From a virus, in the IMG/VR virus record IMGVR_UViG_3300047160_005727, positions 1 through 64,000 of that record: DNA of 64,000 nucleotides. One strand, 5' to 3'. This document shows, in pieces, positions 35,157 to 44,497 of this stretch (the first letter of the stretch is position 1; each line of letters opens with the position of its first letter). The notes under the pieces are model-generated. The model did not search any database and had not been told where the DNA came from. It saw nothing but the letters and a program-made list of their open reading frames with translations. The position numbers were made by a program, and so were the translations under genes.

Positions 35157-37133
35157 ATGCTCAAGACGACCCTCGGTCAGATGATGCTGAACGATCAGCT
35201 CCCCGAGGACATGCGGGACTACACCCGCACCCTGGATAAGAAGGGTATCCAGAAGCTGTTCCAGGAAGTTGCCGAGCGGTATCCCGACAGATACCGAGAA
35301 GTGGCCAAGCGGCTCTCCGACATGGGCCGTGATGTTGCCTACTCTACCGGCGGCTTCTCTCCTAGCCTGGAAGACATGCGGCCCAGCAAAGCGGCTGAGC
35401 GCATCAAGGAACAGATCCGCCGGCACGTTCAGCTGATCCAGGCTGACAACCGGATGGATGACGAGCGCAAGTCACAGGCGATCGTTGCTGCCGTGGAAGA
35501 GCGGCAGAAGGAGATGGAGGATGCCGTCTTCGAGGAAGCCAAGGCATCTGGCAACCCCTATGCGCACCAGGTGGTTTCCGGTGCGCGGGGCAGCAAGCTC
35601 AACCTGAAGTCATTGCTGGGCTCGGACATGCTCTACGTCGATCACCACGATCGGCCGATCCCGGTGCCAGTGCTTAACGCATATCCGCGTGGGCTCTCGC
35701 CAGTCGAGTACTGGGCCGGTGCCTTCGGGGCTCGCAAGGGCGTCGCGGCCACCAAGTTCGCCACTCGAGATGCCGGCTCGCTGGCCAAGCAGCTCAACCA
35801 GGTTGCTCACCGGCTGATCATCACGGGCCATGACGACCCGAACGAAGACACATCCACGATCCGCGGGCTGCCGACGGCGACTGATGATCCCGACAATGAG
35901 GGGGCCTTGCTGGCTCATCCGGCCGGGCCGTATGGCCGGAACACGATCTTGACTCCCAAGATCCTCAAGGACCTCCAGACCAAAGGGCATGGCAAGATCC
36001 TGGTTCGATCACCCCTGGTAGGCGGACCGGCTCACGGTGGGGTTTTCGCCCGCGATGTCGGTGTCCGGGAGCGGGGCGGTCTGGCGCCCATGGGTGACTA
36101 TGTCGGTCTGGCTGCTGCGCAAGCTCTCTCCGAGAAGCTATCCCAGGGGCAGCTGTCAGCCAAGCATACCGGCGGTGTCGCCGGTGCCGACAAAGCTGTC
36201 TCCGGCTTTGCTCTTATCAACCAATTGATCCAGGTACCGAAAACTTTTACGGGCGGCGCTACCCATGCCCAGCTCGACGGCAAGATCACGTCGATCGAAG
36301 ATGCCCCCCAGGGTGGCAAGTATGTCAACGTCGGCAGCGAGCAGCACTACATACCGCACGGGCTCGACCCGACCGTCAAGATCGGTGACTCGGTCGAGGC
36401 CGGCGATACCATTTCAGGGGGCCTGCCCAACCCCGCAGAGATGGTCAAGCACAAGGGCATCGGCGAGGGTCGCCGCCATTTTGTCAAGGCGTTCGGGGAT
36501 GCCTACCGGGGCTCGGACATGGGTGCACACCGGCGAAACATCGAGCTTCTGGCCAGGGGCTTGATCGATCATGTTCGGGTAACGGACGAGTTTGGTGATC
36601 ATGTAGAGGACGACATCGTGCCGTACTCGACCATCGAGAAGAGCTGGAACCCGCGCGCGGGTTCCAAAGTGGTCGGACTGTCGTCGGCTGTGGGTAAGTA
36701 CCTCGAACGTCCTGTCCTGCATCACAGCATTGGCACCAGGGTCAAGCCCGGGATGCTTCCCGAACTCAAAGAGTTCGGGGTCAATAACCTGGAGGTTCAT
36801 GATGAACCTCCGCCGTTTGAGCCGACGATGATCCGGGGCCAGTACAACCTCCAGCACGACCCCGACTGGATGACCCGGCATATCGGTTCCGGACTGGAGA
36901 AAGCCACCCTCCAGGCAGCTCACCGGGGCTCCAGTAGCGATATCGCTGGTACGAGCTATGTCCCTGCACTGGCAGAACGTACGCACTTCGGCAGGCAGGG
37001 TCCGACCCAGGGTTGGCACCCGGAGGCGCAGCATTGGGACGACGATGACGATAATATAGGCCACGACGATACGCCAAAAGTGCGGCCCCATACGCCAGCC
37101 GGCGCCAGGACCGCTACCTGGCGGTCTGACTGA
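35157..37133 (+). CDS. rpoC(C): Phage RNA polymerase beta' C-terminal half
   Basis: TTLGQ, SGARGS, bridge helix GLSPVEYW..AFGARKG...T.DAG.L...L, trigger loop GLAAAQALSE..SQ....KHTGG, HRRNIELLAR. Confidence 0.92.
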   Translation: MLKTTLGQMMLNDQLPEDMRDYTRTLDKKGIQKLFQEVAERYPDRYREVAKRLSDMGRDVAYSTGGFSPSLEDMRPSKAAERIKEQIRRHVQLIQADNRMDDERKSQAIVAAVEERQKEMEDAVFEEAKASGNPYAHQVVSGARGSKLNLKSLLGSDMLYVDHHDRPIPVPVLNAYPRGLSPVEYWAGAFGARKGVAATKFATRDAGSLAKQLNQVAHRLIITGHDDPNEDTSTIRGLPTATDDPDNEGALLAHPAGPYGRNTILTPKILKDLQTKGHGKILVRSPLVGGPAHGGVFARDVGVRERGGLAPMGDYVGLAAAQALSEKLSQGQLSAKHTGGVAGADKAVSGFALINQLIQVPKTFTGGATHAQLDGKITSIEDAPQGGKYVNVGSEQHYIPHGLDPTVKIGDSVEAGDTISGGLPNPAEMVKHKGIGEGRRHFVKAFGDAYRGSDMGAHRRNIELLARGLIDHVRVTDEFGDHVEDDIVPYSTIEKSWNPRAGSKVVGLSSAVGKYLERPVLHHSIGTRVKPGMLPELKEFGVNNLEVHDEPPPFEPTMIRGQYNLQHDPDWMTRHIGSGLEKATLQAAHRGSSSDIAGTSYVPALAERTHFGRQGPTQGWHPEAQHWDDDDDNIGHDDTPKVRPHTPAGARTATWRSD

Positions 37134-37229
37134 CGGTATGATGTGAGCGAGACCTTTTGCCTTGTACGGAGACACCGACCTATGGCAGCATCCAAGAGAC
37201 CGCGACCGAAGAACAAAGACGGCTCAGAC

Positions 37230-37493
37230 ATGAGCACCAAGGACCTGATCCAGGCCGCAGAGGACGCGCAGGCAGCTTTCGACGATGCTTCTGCCCAGTT
37301 CGGAGCGGCGGCACAGCAGGTGCAGCAAGCTCAGACCATCCTCACAGCCGCTAACCAGGCCGTTCACGATGATCTTGCCGAAAACGGTGCGTGCGTCATC
37401 GTCGATGACACGACTTCTCCAGTCACGGTCACGATGTACACCGCCAATGATCCTGACAGCTTCACGGCCACGCCGATCCGCGTTGCGGAATGA
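37230..37493 (+). CDS. Small hypothetical protein, paralog 1
   Basis: AVHDDL.ENG.C..VD..T.P.TVT.Y...DPDSF.AT.IRVA shared with the next ORF. Confidence 0.75.
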   Translation: MSTKDLIQAAEDAQAAFDDASAQFGAAAQQVQQAQTILTAANQAVHDDLAENGACVIVDDTTSPVTVTMYTANDPDSFTATPIRVAE

Positions 37494-37505
37494 TCGGAGG
37501 GTGTC

Positions 37506-37781
37506 GTGCGTGGTAACGGACTGACCACCAAACAGCTGATCGACGCCGCACTGCGAGCCCAGTCGGCGTACAGCTGGTCTGTCATCGTGCTTGGACGGGT
37601 GGCACAGGCTGTCAGGGCAGCCTTTGTCACCGTCCAGGCAACGAGCAAGGCCGTTCACGATGATCTTGAGGAAAACGGGCCGTGCTGCGTCGTGGACAAC
37701 TCGACCAACCCACCCACAGTGACAGCCTATATTCCTGCTGACCCCGACTCATTCATGGCTACTCAGATCCGGGTAGCCTGA
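37506..37781 (+). CDS. Small hypothetical protein, paralog 2
   Basis: GGAGG RBS and GTG start; paralog of the preceding ORF. Confidence 0.75.
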   Translation: MRGNGLTTKQLIDAALRAQSAYSWSVIVLGRVAQAVRAAFVTVQATSKAVHDDLEENGPCCVVDNSTNPPTVTAYIPADPDSFMATQIRVA

Positions 37782-37804
37782 GACTATTTCGGAAGGAGTC
37801 GGTC

Positions 37805-38356
37805 GTGACCCCGCGAGAGCTAGGACGGCAAGCCGCTCTCTTGCACCTGAAAATGGCCGCAGCCTCGGCGACAACATCATCATCGAGCAGCAGTCCCAGT
37901 CTCAGCACCTCCGGTACTGGAACTCCGACTAGCACTGGAGGTGCAGCTTCGGCAACGACGCTCGGCGCCAAGCCGGGGAACATTGCTCCGGCACCGGCGG
38001 TCCCAAATGTCACGCCGCAGCCTGGCGCAGCGCCGGGTGGCAGTGTGACCCAACCATCGCTCGCAACAACACGACCTGCGCCACCGGCTCCAGCCCCGGC
38101 AGCCCCGGCCGGCGGACTCGGCGCCGGAGCCGGCGCCAGCGCTGGAGGCGGACTCGGCGGTATGCTTGGCGGACTGATGAACCCACAGATGCTCGGACAG
38201 CTGATGGCAGGCCCGCTCAAGGGGCCTGCTGAACAGTTTCTGGGAATGGGTGGCTTTCCGCTTCTGGCTGGTGGAAGCAATGCGCTGCTTCGCGGAGGTC
38301 AAGATATCGGTAATATCATGAAGGGGTCGATCGGTAACGTGAAAGCCGGAGCGTAG
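37805..38356 (+). CDS. Low-complexity virion-associated protein
   Basis: MTPRELGRQAALLHLKMAA leader followed by Ser/Thr/Pro/Gly tracts; AAGGAG RBS. Confidence 0.72.
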   Translation: MTPRELGRQAALLHLKMAAASATTSSSSSSPSLSTSGTGTPTSTGGAASATTLGAKPGNIAPAPAVPNVTPQPGAAPGGSVTQPSLATTRPAPPAPAPAAPAGGLGAGAGASAGGGLGGMLGGLMNPQMLGQLMAGPLKGPAEQFLGMGGFPLLAGGSNALLRGGQDIGNIMKGSIGNVKAGA

Positions 38357-38427
38357 ATGGAGTAGGCCCAGCGAACGCGGGGGCGAACGCTGGGCCCTGA
38401 CGACAACCTGTGCAAGAGGTCATCGTC

Positions 38428-39180
38428 ATGCCTGAGTCTATTGCGAGTGTGAGACGGCGTCGACAAAAGCGGTTGCTGGCTGGACTGTGCGTACGTTGCG
38501 GCGATCGGCCGCCAATACTAGGGATGACCAAGTGTGATAAGTGTCGGGAGAGTAGTCTGGCATGCTATGCAAGGCAAGTCGCTCGGGGTAAATGTACGGG
38601 GTGTGGCGGTAAGACTTCCGGGCGGGTCCATTGCGAAGACTGTAGACGCAGAGAACGGGATAAAGAAATACAACGGATCAAAGCCGGACTCTGTGCTGAC
38701 TGTCGGAACCACCATGATGGAAAGACAAGACGATGTGAAACTTGTCGCACTAGAAAGCGAGTCGCTGATCAACAGCAACGCGATAGGGTCTTCGCGGCTT
38801 ATGGCGGCTATCACTGCAACTGCCCTGGTTGCAACGAGACTGAGCCGGTCTTTCTCGAGATCGATCATATCGAAGGTGGTGGCAACAAGCACCGTAGAGC
38901 GGTCGGGCGAAGCAACCTTTATCGGTGGCTCTGCAAGAACAAATTTCCTCCCGGTTTTCAAGTCCTATGTGCTAACTGCAACCGTGGCAAATACCGCCTC
39001 GGAGTCTGCCCTCATCAGCTGAGCAAGGAGGCTCGTCCATGCCTGCCGCAACCATCAGTCGCAGCCGCTCCGAGATCGTCCAGCGGCGCGAGCTACTCGT
39101 CAAGGTCGCTGACGGGGCCGGGGACGGCCAAGACCAGGCGTTCGAGCAGGCATTCGCCAACTTGGCTCACGCCTACCTGA
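38428..39180 (+). CDS. Free-standing HNH endonuclease with Cys-rich repeats, paralog of 30996; the tail overlaps the next gene
   Basis: VFAAYGGY.C.CPGC.E...FLEIDHIEGGG..HRR...LYRWL....FPPGFQVLCANCN. Confidence 0.85.
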   Translation: MPESIASVRRRRQKRLLAGLCVRCGDRPPILGMTKCDKCRESSLACYARQVARGKCTGCGGKTSGRVHCEDCRRRERDKEIQRIKAGLCADCRNHHDGKTRRCETCRTRKRVADQQQRDRVFAAYGGYHCNCPGCNETEPVFLEIDHIEGGGNKHRRAVGRSNLYRWLCKNKFPPGFQVLCANCNRGKYRLGVCPHQLSKEARPCLPQPSVAAAPRSSSGASYSSRSLTGPGTAKTRRSSRHSPTWLTPT

Positions 39181-41633
39181 AAGACCGGGCTCCCGGTCTG
39201 CTCGACTACGAGGTCGGGTTCCAGCTCCTCGATCGCAACGAGGACAACTCGAAGGCCATTGGCGTTCGAGGCTTCAAGGTCGGCTCCCAGATCCTGTTCG
39301 CCCCGGTATTCTTCATCGATGGCGACCTGAAGGGTCATGAGCTGCTGTACATCAAGAACGATGATCAATTCGTGCCGCTGAAAGAGAACTGGATCAACTA
39401 TCTCCTCCAGAAGAAGCCCATGACTTTGGGCGACGGGATACACAGAGACACTCGCCGAGTCGGCGTACGACGGCCTACTCTGGGCCGGCTGGTGCACTCG
39501 CCCAGCAAGTACGCTTCTACCATGCCGGGCTGGCTCCAGGATGGCCTGCCCGGACTGGCTTACGCGGCAACGACCAACCCGTTTACTGATCTCCGCTACA
39601 AGGGCATGCGCGAGGTACCCGATCTGCTCAAGGAAGGCGGGATCAAGACCGTGCGAGCCCTGCTGAAGTATGCCCAGGCGTACCCGGCGATCGCACGTGG
39701 CCTCGATGAGTTCTACGATATGAAGGTGATCGGTGGCTTGCTGGCCGATCTCAAGCGCGAGAAGGCCGCAGCGGCGATCACCAGTGTCCTGTCCGGACTG
39801 GATGTAGCTCCGCGTCGCGCGCTGCCAGGCTGGGCACGCGGTCCGTCAGTGCTGGGTGACCTTGAGCCGTACAACCCGATCAAGACCGGGGCACTCCAGG
39901 TCTACAACTATGACCGTGCCGGTGGCAGCAAGGCACGGGCTACCGAGGGCCTGGACGAGATCGACAGCGAGAAGCTGCTCCGAGATGCGATCCTGATCAA
40001 GGACGAGCGGAAGCAGGACGAAGGGATCTCGGTCCCGTACAAGGTTCTGACCAAGCGGAACCTGGTCAACCCCGACCAGACCGGGCTCTACGACGTCATG
40101 GTCAAGCCGGACGTCTTCGAGAAGATGCTGGTGGTCATTGGCCCGTATGGTGCCGACGGCCGCAAGGGTTTCTGCACGGTCGCCCGCGTCGAAGGCGATC
40201 CCAAGGGCTGGATCAACATCCACCCGTCCTATGTCGTGGTCTCGAAGCAGTACTCCGATGATGACTGGAAGAAGTGGACTGACGGTCTGCCCGATGCCGA
40301 CAGTCTGACCGAGGATAGCGATGGCCAATACATGGTCATCGGAGCCGACAAGGCCGATGCTACCCTGCCGTTCATCGTCCAGGGCACCATCGGCGATCCC
40401 GAGGGCTACAAGCTCTTCAACGTCCGCTTCGATATGTTCTCGGGGCGGCCTCGCCCGTCAGCCATGCGCGGCATGACACTATGGGGCTACTACGAGAGCC
40501 GGATCACGGACAACTCGGAAGTCTACGATCGCTGGGCCGACGGCGAGCGGTTGCACGTTGGCCCCCGGCTGGGTGCCGAGATGCGGAGCCGGCGCGGCGA
40601 CGTGTTCGTGCCCCAGGGCTCCAAGCTGTTCAAGGTCGAGATGGCCGACTACGACGACGATCAGTGGGATCCGCCAGAAGAGAACCTGATGAAGCCCATC
40701 AGGCCGATCAAGAGCCTTACCGGCGGCAAGGGCGAGAGCAAGACGCCGCCGATCGCGCCCTCCCACTTCATCGACATCGAGATGGGCATGTGGCACGAGA
40801 AGGTGGGTGAAGAGGTCCGGGTGCGGACCGATCGGCTGGGTATGACTATCCCGCATGACCGGCTCGTGATCCGGTTCGACGGCAGCAGTGCCAACATCGA
40901 CGGCGGTGGCTACCTGACCGAGAAGCAGGCGATCGTGCATCTGGTGCGTGACAAGGGGTTCACCGAGAAGGTTGCCCGTGCCTTGCTTGCCGAGGCTCAG
41001 GGCAACTTCGCCAAGAAGACTGGCCCGATGGCCGAGTTCCGCGTCGAGTATGCTCCCTGGGTCAAGTGGGCCATGAACAAGCGGGCTGCCAACCCCTATC
41101 TGCTGGACGACAGTCCGATCGCACCGGCCATTCCGGATCCCCGGTATGACCAGGACTCGTACATGGGCTCGTACGTGCCGTCGCAGAAGCCGCAGGAAGA
41201 CTTCCTGCCGGTTGACGGCATGCGCGCTGACCCGGCCAACCGCGAGCTGTACCGTCCCACCGTCGAGCCCGACCCCTATGCAGCTCACGCCGCGACGGAA
41301 GCCGCCGCCAAGGGGCAGCGGGAGATCTTCGACACATCGATCCTGGGTGGGCTGCTGAAGACCACTCGAGACGATCAGCTCACCGATCGCTACCTGGGCG
41401 ATCTGATGAAGGGCATGGACCGCATCGGCCGGATCCTGTTTCAGCTTTACTGGCACCGTGACTCGTTCGAGGAGCGGTACGGCAAGCAGCACGTTCCCGA
41501 GCTGGAAGACATGCTCCGGAACTCGTTCGAGGATATCGGCGATCTGGTGCTCGATCTGAAGCAGAAGACGATCGAGCCCGATCCTGAGTCGGCCGGCCAG
41601 CGGATCGACTTCAAGAGCGACACGAACGACTAG
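39039..41633 (+). CDS. Large virion or head-assembly protein of unknown function
   Basis: 864 aa; GGAGG RBS; K-x-A motifs (VKVAD, SKYAS, EKAAA, NKRAA); first gene of the head operon. Confidence 0.8.
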   Translation: MPAATISRSRSEIVQRRELLVKVADGAGDGQDQAFEQAFANLAHAYLKDRAPGLLDYEVGFQLLDRNEDNSKAIGVRGFKVGSQILFAPVFFIDGDLKGHELLYIKNDDQFVPLKENWINYLLQKKPMTLGDGIHRDTRRVGVRRPTLGRLVHSPSKYASTMPGWLQDGLPGLAYAATTNPFTDLRYKGMREVPDLLKEGGIKTVRALLKYAQAYPAIARGLDEFYDMKVIGGLLADLKREKAAAAITSVLSGLDVAPRRALPGWARGPSVLGDLEPYNPIKTGALQVYNYDRAGGSKARATEGLDEIDSEKLLRDAILIKDERKQDEGISVPYKVLTKRNLVNPDQTGLYDVMVKPDVFEKMLVVIGPYGADGRKGFCTVARVEGDPKGWINIHPSYVVVSKQYSDDDWKKWTDGLPDADSLTEDSDGQYMVIGADKADATLPFIVQGTIGDPEGYKLFNVRFDMFSGRPRPSAMRGMTLWGYYESRITDNSEVYDRWADGERLHVGPRLGAEMRSRRGDVFVPQGSKLFKVEMADYDDDQWDPPEENLMKPIRPIKSLTGGKGESKTPPIAPSHFIDIEMGMWHEKVGEEVRVRTDRLGMTIPHDRLVIRFDGSSANIDGGGYLTEKQAIVHLVRDKGFTEKVARALLAEAQGNFAKKTGPMAEFRVEYAPWVKWAMNKRAANPYLLDDSPIAPAIPDPRYDQDSYMGSYVPSQKPQEDFLPVDGMRADPANRELYRPTVEPDPYAAHAATEAAAKGQREIFDTSILGGLLKTTRDDQLTDRYLGDLMKGMDRIGRILFQLYWHRDSFEERYGKQHVPELEDMLRNSFEDIGDLVLDLKQKTIEPDPESAGQRIDFKSDTND

Positions 41634-41644
41634 GAGCTGCACCG

Positions 41645-42142
41645 ATGGCCGATACCAGTTCGCAAGGGACTAACCAGTTTCCTGTCGCCGTTACCGGCGG
41701 CCAGATCGTCCGTCTTGCGCTTGGTGCACCGGCGATGGGCTTGATCATGAAGGCCACGATCGTGCAGCTCAACGCAGATGGGAGCGCGATCGCTGATGGC
41801 AACGCCGCGCTGGGTGGCTTCTCATATACGTTCTTTGATGCGGGTATTGCCTGTCCTCCTGGGGTAACGAACATATCCGATGAGGCCACTACGCCTCTCG
41901 TTACCGCCGCCGCAGAGGCCCAACACCAGATCTCACCAACCAAGACAGTACCGTCTGGTAAAAGCCGCTTTCTACTTGCAGACGGTACCGACGGGACTTT
42001 CTCACAGATCGGCATTCCCTACATCAACCGGGATGGCAGCTTATCGAGTGCTCAGCCCGTGATCTACCTGAAGCTGGTAGCACCGGGCAGCGGACCCAAG
42101 ACCTTCGGTGTTTTCATGGGGATCCAGCACTACCGCGGCTGA
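41645..42142 (+). CDS. Hypothetical beta-rich structural protein
   Basis: AGGAG RBS; 165 aa. Confidence 0.7.
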   Translation: MADTSSQGTNQFPVAVTGGQIVRLALGAPAMGLIMKATIVQLNADGSAIADGNAALGGFSYTFFDAGIACPPGVTNISDEATTPLVTAAAEAQHQISPTKTVPSGKSRFLLADGTDGTFSQIGIPYINRDGSLSSAQPVIYLKLVAPGSGPKTFGVFMGIQHYRG

Positions 42143-42161
42143 TACGCGGCGTAACAAAGTC

Positions 42162-43124
42162 ATGATCCACAACTACTCAGCACGAAACCCTCGCAGACCA
42201 GTCGACTGGAGATGGAAGCGCGCCGGACTGGCCGCTGGTGGCGGGTATCCGCTGTCGCGACGGCGGGACAATGACGCGTGGATCGCCCGCGCGGCACGGT
42301 TCATCAAGGAACATGAAGAATGCAAGACTGAGCAGGATCTTGCCGTGCTGGAGGATAAGTACCCGGTCCTCTATTGGGCTTATGATATCTGGTTTACCCA
42401 GAACGAGGGCGGCAACCCGGTCAAGAGCGAGGTCGAGGCCAGGTTGCTGGCTGATGACGACCCGCACAACATCGCCCGTCGCGTGCGGACTGAAGTCGAT
42501 GTTATTGATGCTTACGAGCACATTTTTTTCAACGTCAGCGAAAGTTTGGGCAACCGCGGCTATCTCATGCATTGCGTCCTCGGGCCGGCGGTTCATCTGG
42601 GTTTCCAGACCAGCGAATACGATATGATCTGGAAGCTGTTCGCACTTCTGGGTGGACCACTGGCTGTTGACCTTATGGTCGATCAGTCGGTAGGTCATGC
42701 CCGGCCCGACCGTGCCAGCGATCTGAAGTACTTCGTCGCCGACGTCGCCCAGAACGATCTGCGCCGCGTGGCGATGCTCGCTTTGAAGACCTTGCGCATT
42801 AACAACTTCAACGCCGTCGAGATCATTGACCGGTTCTTGAAGCTAGTCGAGCTGGAACGGACTGGCGGCGGTGCCGGCGGTGGTGCCAACGAGGCATTCA
42901 AGCAGAATGTTCATACCATGCTTGTCGGGCTGCCGTTCACGGTCGGCCGGCGGCTGGGGCGTGTGGACGTGACTCCGATCGGCCGTTACGATGATCTGGC
43001 GGCCGAACTTCGCTACGAAGAGGTTATGGCGATCGCGGCCGGCCAGATCATCCCCGCACAAAGTATGCTGGAGATGCTGGCATTTCCATCGGCTAATGGG
43101 TCCATCACGGAGGCTACGGACTAA
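42162..43124 (+). CDS. Hypothetical protein (head module)
   Basis: Helical ~320-aa ORF coupled to the next gene by a TAATG overlap. Confidence 0.75.
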   Translation: MIHNYSARNPRRPVDWRWKRAGLAAGGGYPLSRRRDNDAWIARAARFIKEHEECKTEQDLAVLEDKYPVLYWAYDIWFTQNEGGNPVKSEVEARLLADDDPHNIARRVRTEVDVIDAYEHIFFNVSESLGNRGYLMHCVLGPAVHLGFQTSEYDMIWKLFALLGGPLAVDLMVDQSVGHARPDRASDLKYFVADVAQNDLRRVAMLALKTLRINNFNAVEIIDRFLKLVELERTGGGAGGGANEAFKQNVHTMLVGLPFTVGRRLGRVDVTPIGRYDDLAAELRYEEVMAIAAGQIIPAQSMLEMLAFPSANGSITEATD

Positions 43125-44497
43125 TGCCAAGGACTATGCCCCGAATGACCAAAGAGGGCGAGGCGCGACTGCGAGCTGCCCTCGACGCCGTTGTTGACAT
43201 GGTCAACAGCGGCGAAGCCCCTGACGATGCCATCGTCAAGGTGGCGTCCGAACAGGCGATCCAACCTGGCCACGTCGGTCTGATGGTGCACGCCTACAAT
43301 ACTGGTCGCACCACCAGGCATCGCGAGTCACACTCTTCACTGCTCGACAAGGCAGCCGACTTTCCCATCGCTGATGCACCAGCGATCCTTGAACGGCTGT
43401 ATCCGTCCAGGGTCAAGTCAGCTGCTGCGATCGAGCGCGAGTCCGGAGTGCACATCGACTACACCATGTCGCCGGCCTGGTACACCCGTGCCTCCCATGC
43501 CACCGGAATGGAGAAGGCAGCCGAGGCGGTTGACTGGAAGATGTCTGACCGGCAGGTTACGGCCTATCCGACTGTCCGTGATCTGGAGGCCGGCGATCGG
43601 ATCAAGGTCGCCCGGCAGAAGGCTGCCAGGGCCGAGGAGGAGGACAGGCTGCAAGCCTCGCGCATCCAGAACGACATCATGGCCGGCTTCGCCAAGCTGG
43701 CCGAGTACTTCGCCGGCTACACCAACCTGACGCTGCACGACGTCCGCGACAACGTCGAGACCCTGTACGGCAACGAGGGTATGGCGGTCCTGCGGCAGCT
43801 GGACCGCACCCGGCCCAACCTGGTGAAGCGGGCCTCGACCGGTAGGTTCCATTCGGCGGCGGCCGAGCCCTACCAGACCATCGGTCATCTGGTCAAGCTG
43901 GCCGGCCAGCTCCGGCAGATGATCGCCTGCAACGAGAAGCGTGCCGCCGAGCGTGCCGCAGCACTGGAGGAACTTGAGCGCCCTTTCGTACCCGCCCCTC
44001 GCCAGTCACTTCTCGATCCGCTGTCCTTACCTATGACTAAGCGGGCCATCGGCGAGGGGCTTCTTGGTGGTATCAATGACATAGTCGGCAGCGAGTTCAT
44101 CCAGCCGACGATCGAGCAGTTGCGTCCGACCGACAAGGACAAGCTCGTCCAGAAGAAGCTCGAACAGATCGCTACCCCGCAGCACGAGCAACAGCTTCGA
44201 GACATCAGGACACGGGCGATGCTCGAAGACATGCTGTCCAATGATCCGGTCATTCAGGGACATGATCGCGACGACGTACTCAGTGCCTTCAATGAAGTCA
44301 GTCAGCTGGCTCCGCGGGCTAGCCAGCAGCCTCTGTTGATGAACGCCATGTTGCGGACGCGGCTCCAGCAAGGTAGCCTCGATCCGTTCCAGACGGGCGA
44401 ACTGGTCAAGACCGAGCAAGGGTTGAAAAACATCGGTAGCGTTCCCGCACCACCAGGAGCCAAGAGTGGACCGCCATCAGCCAGCGTTCTGGCTTAG
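43124..44497 (+). CDS. Head-associated protein with many K-x-A motifs
   Basis: KVA, KAA, KSA, KLA and KRA occur repeatedly; GGAGG RBS. Confidence 0.8.
   Translation: MPRTMPRMTKEGEARLRAALDAVVDMVNSGEAPDDAIVKVASEQAIQPGHVGLMVHAYNTGRTTRHRESHSSLLDKAADFPIADAPAILERLYPSRVKSAAAIERESGVHIDYTMSPAWYTRASHATGMEKAAEAVDWKMSDRQVTAYPTVRDLEAGDRIKVARQKAARAEEEDRLQASRIQNDIMAGFAKLAEYFAGYTNLTLHDVRDNVETLYGNEGMAVLRQLDRTRPNLVKRASTGRFHSAAAEPYQTIGHLVKLAGQLRQMIACNEKRAAERAAALEELERPFVPAPRQSLLDPLSLPMTKRAIGEGLLGGINDIVGSEFIQPTIEQLRPTDKDKLVQKKLEQIATPQHEQQLRDIRTRAMLEDMLSNDPVIQGHDRDDVLSAFNEVSQLAPRASQQPLLMNAMLRTRLQQGSLDPFQTGELVKTEQGLKNIGSVPAPPGAKSGPPSASVLA

Noticed and set aside
26514-37133. Cellular rpoBC operon
   Set aside because: No ribosomal-protein, nusG or tuf context; highly reduced subunits without Zn sites; embedded among capsid-related genes.
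38534-39022. Alternative-frame 162-aa ORF inside the HNH gene
   Set aside because: No RBS or recognisable domain, and it is not continuous with a host gene frame.
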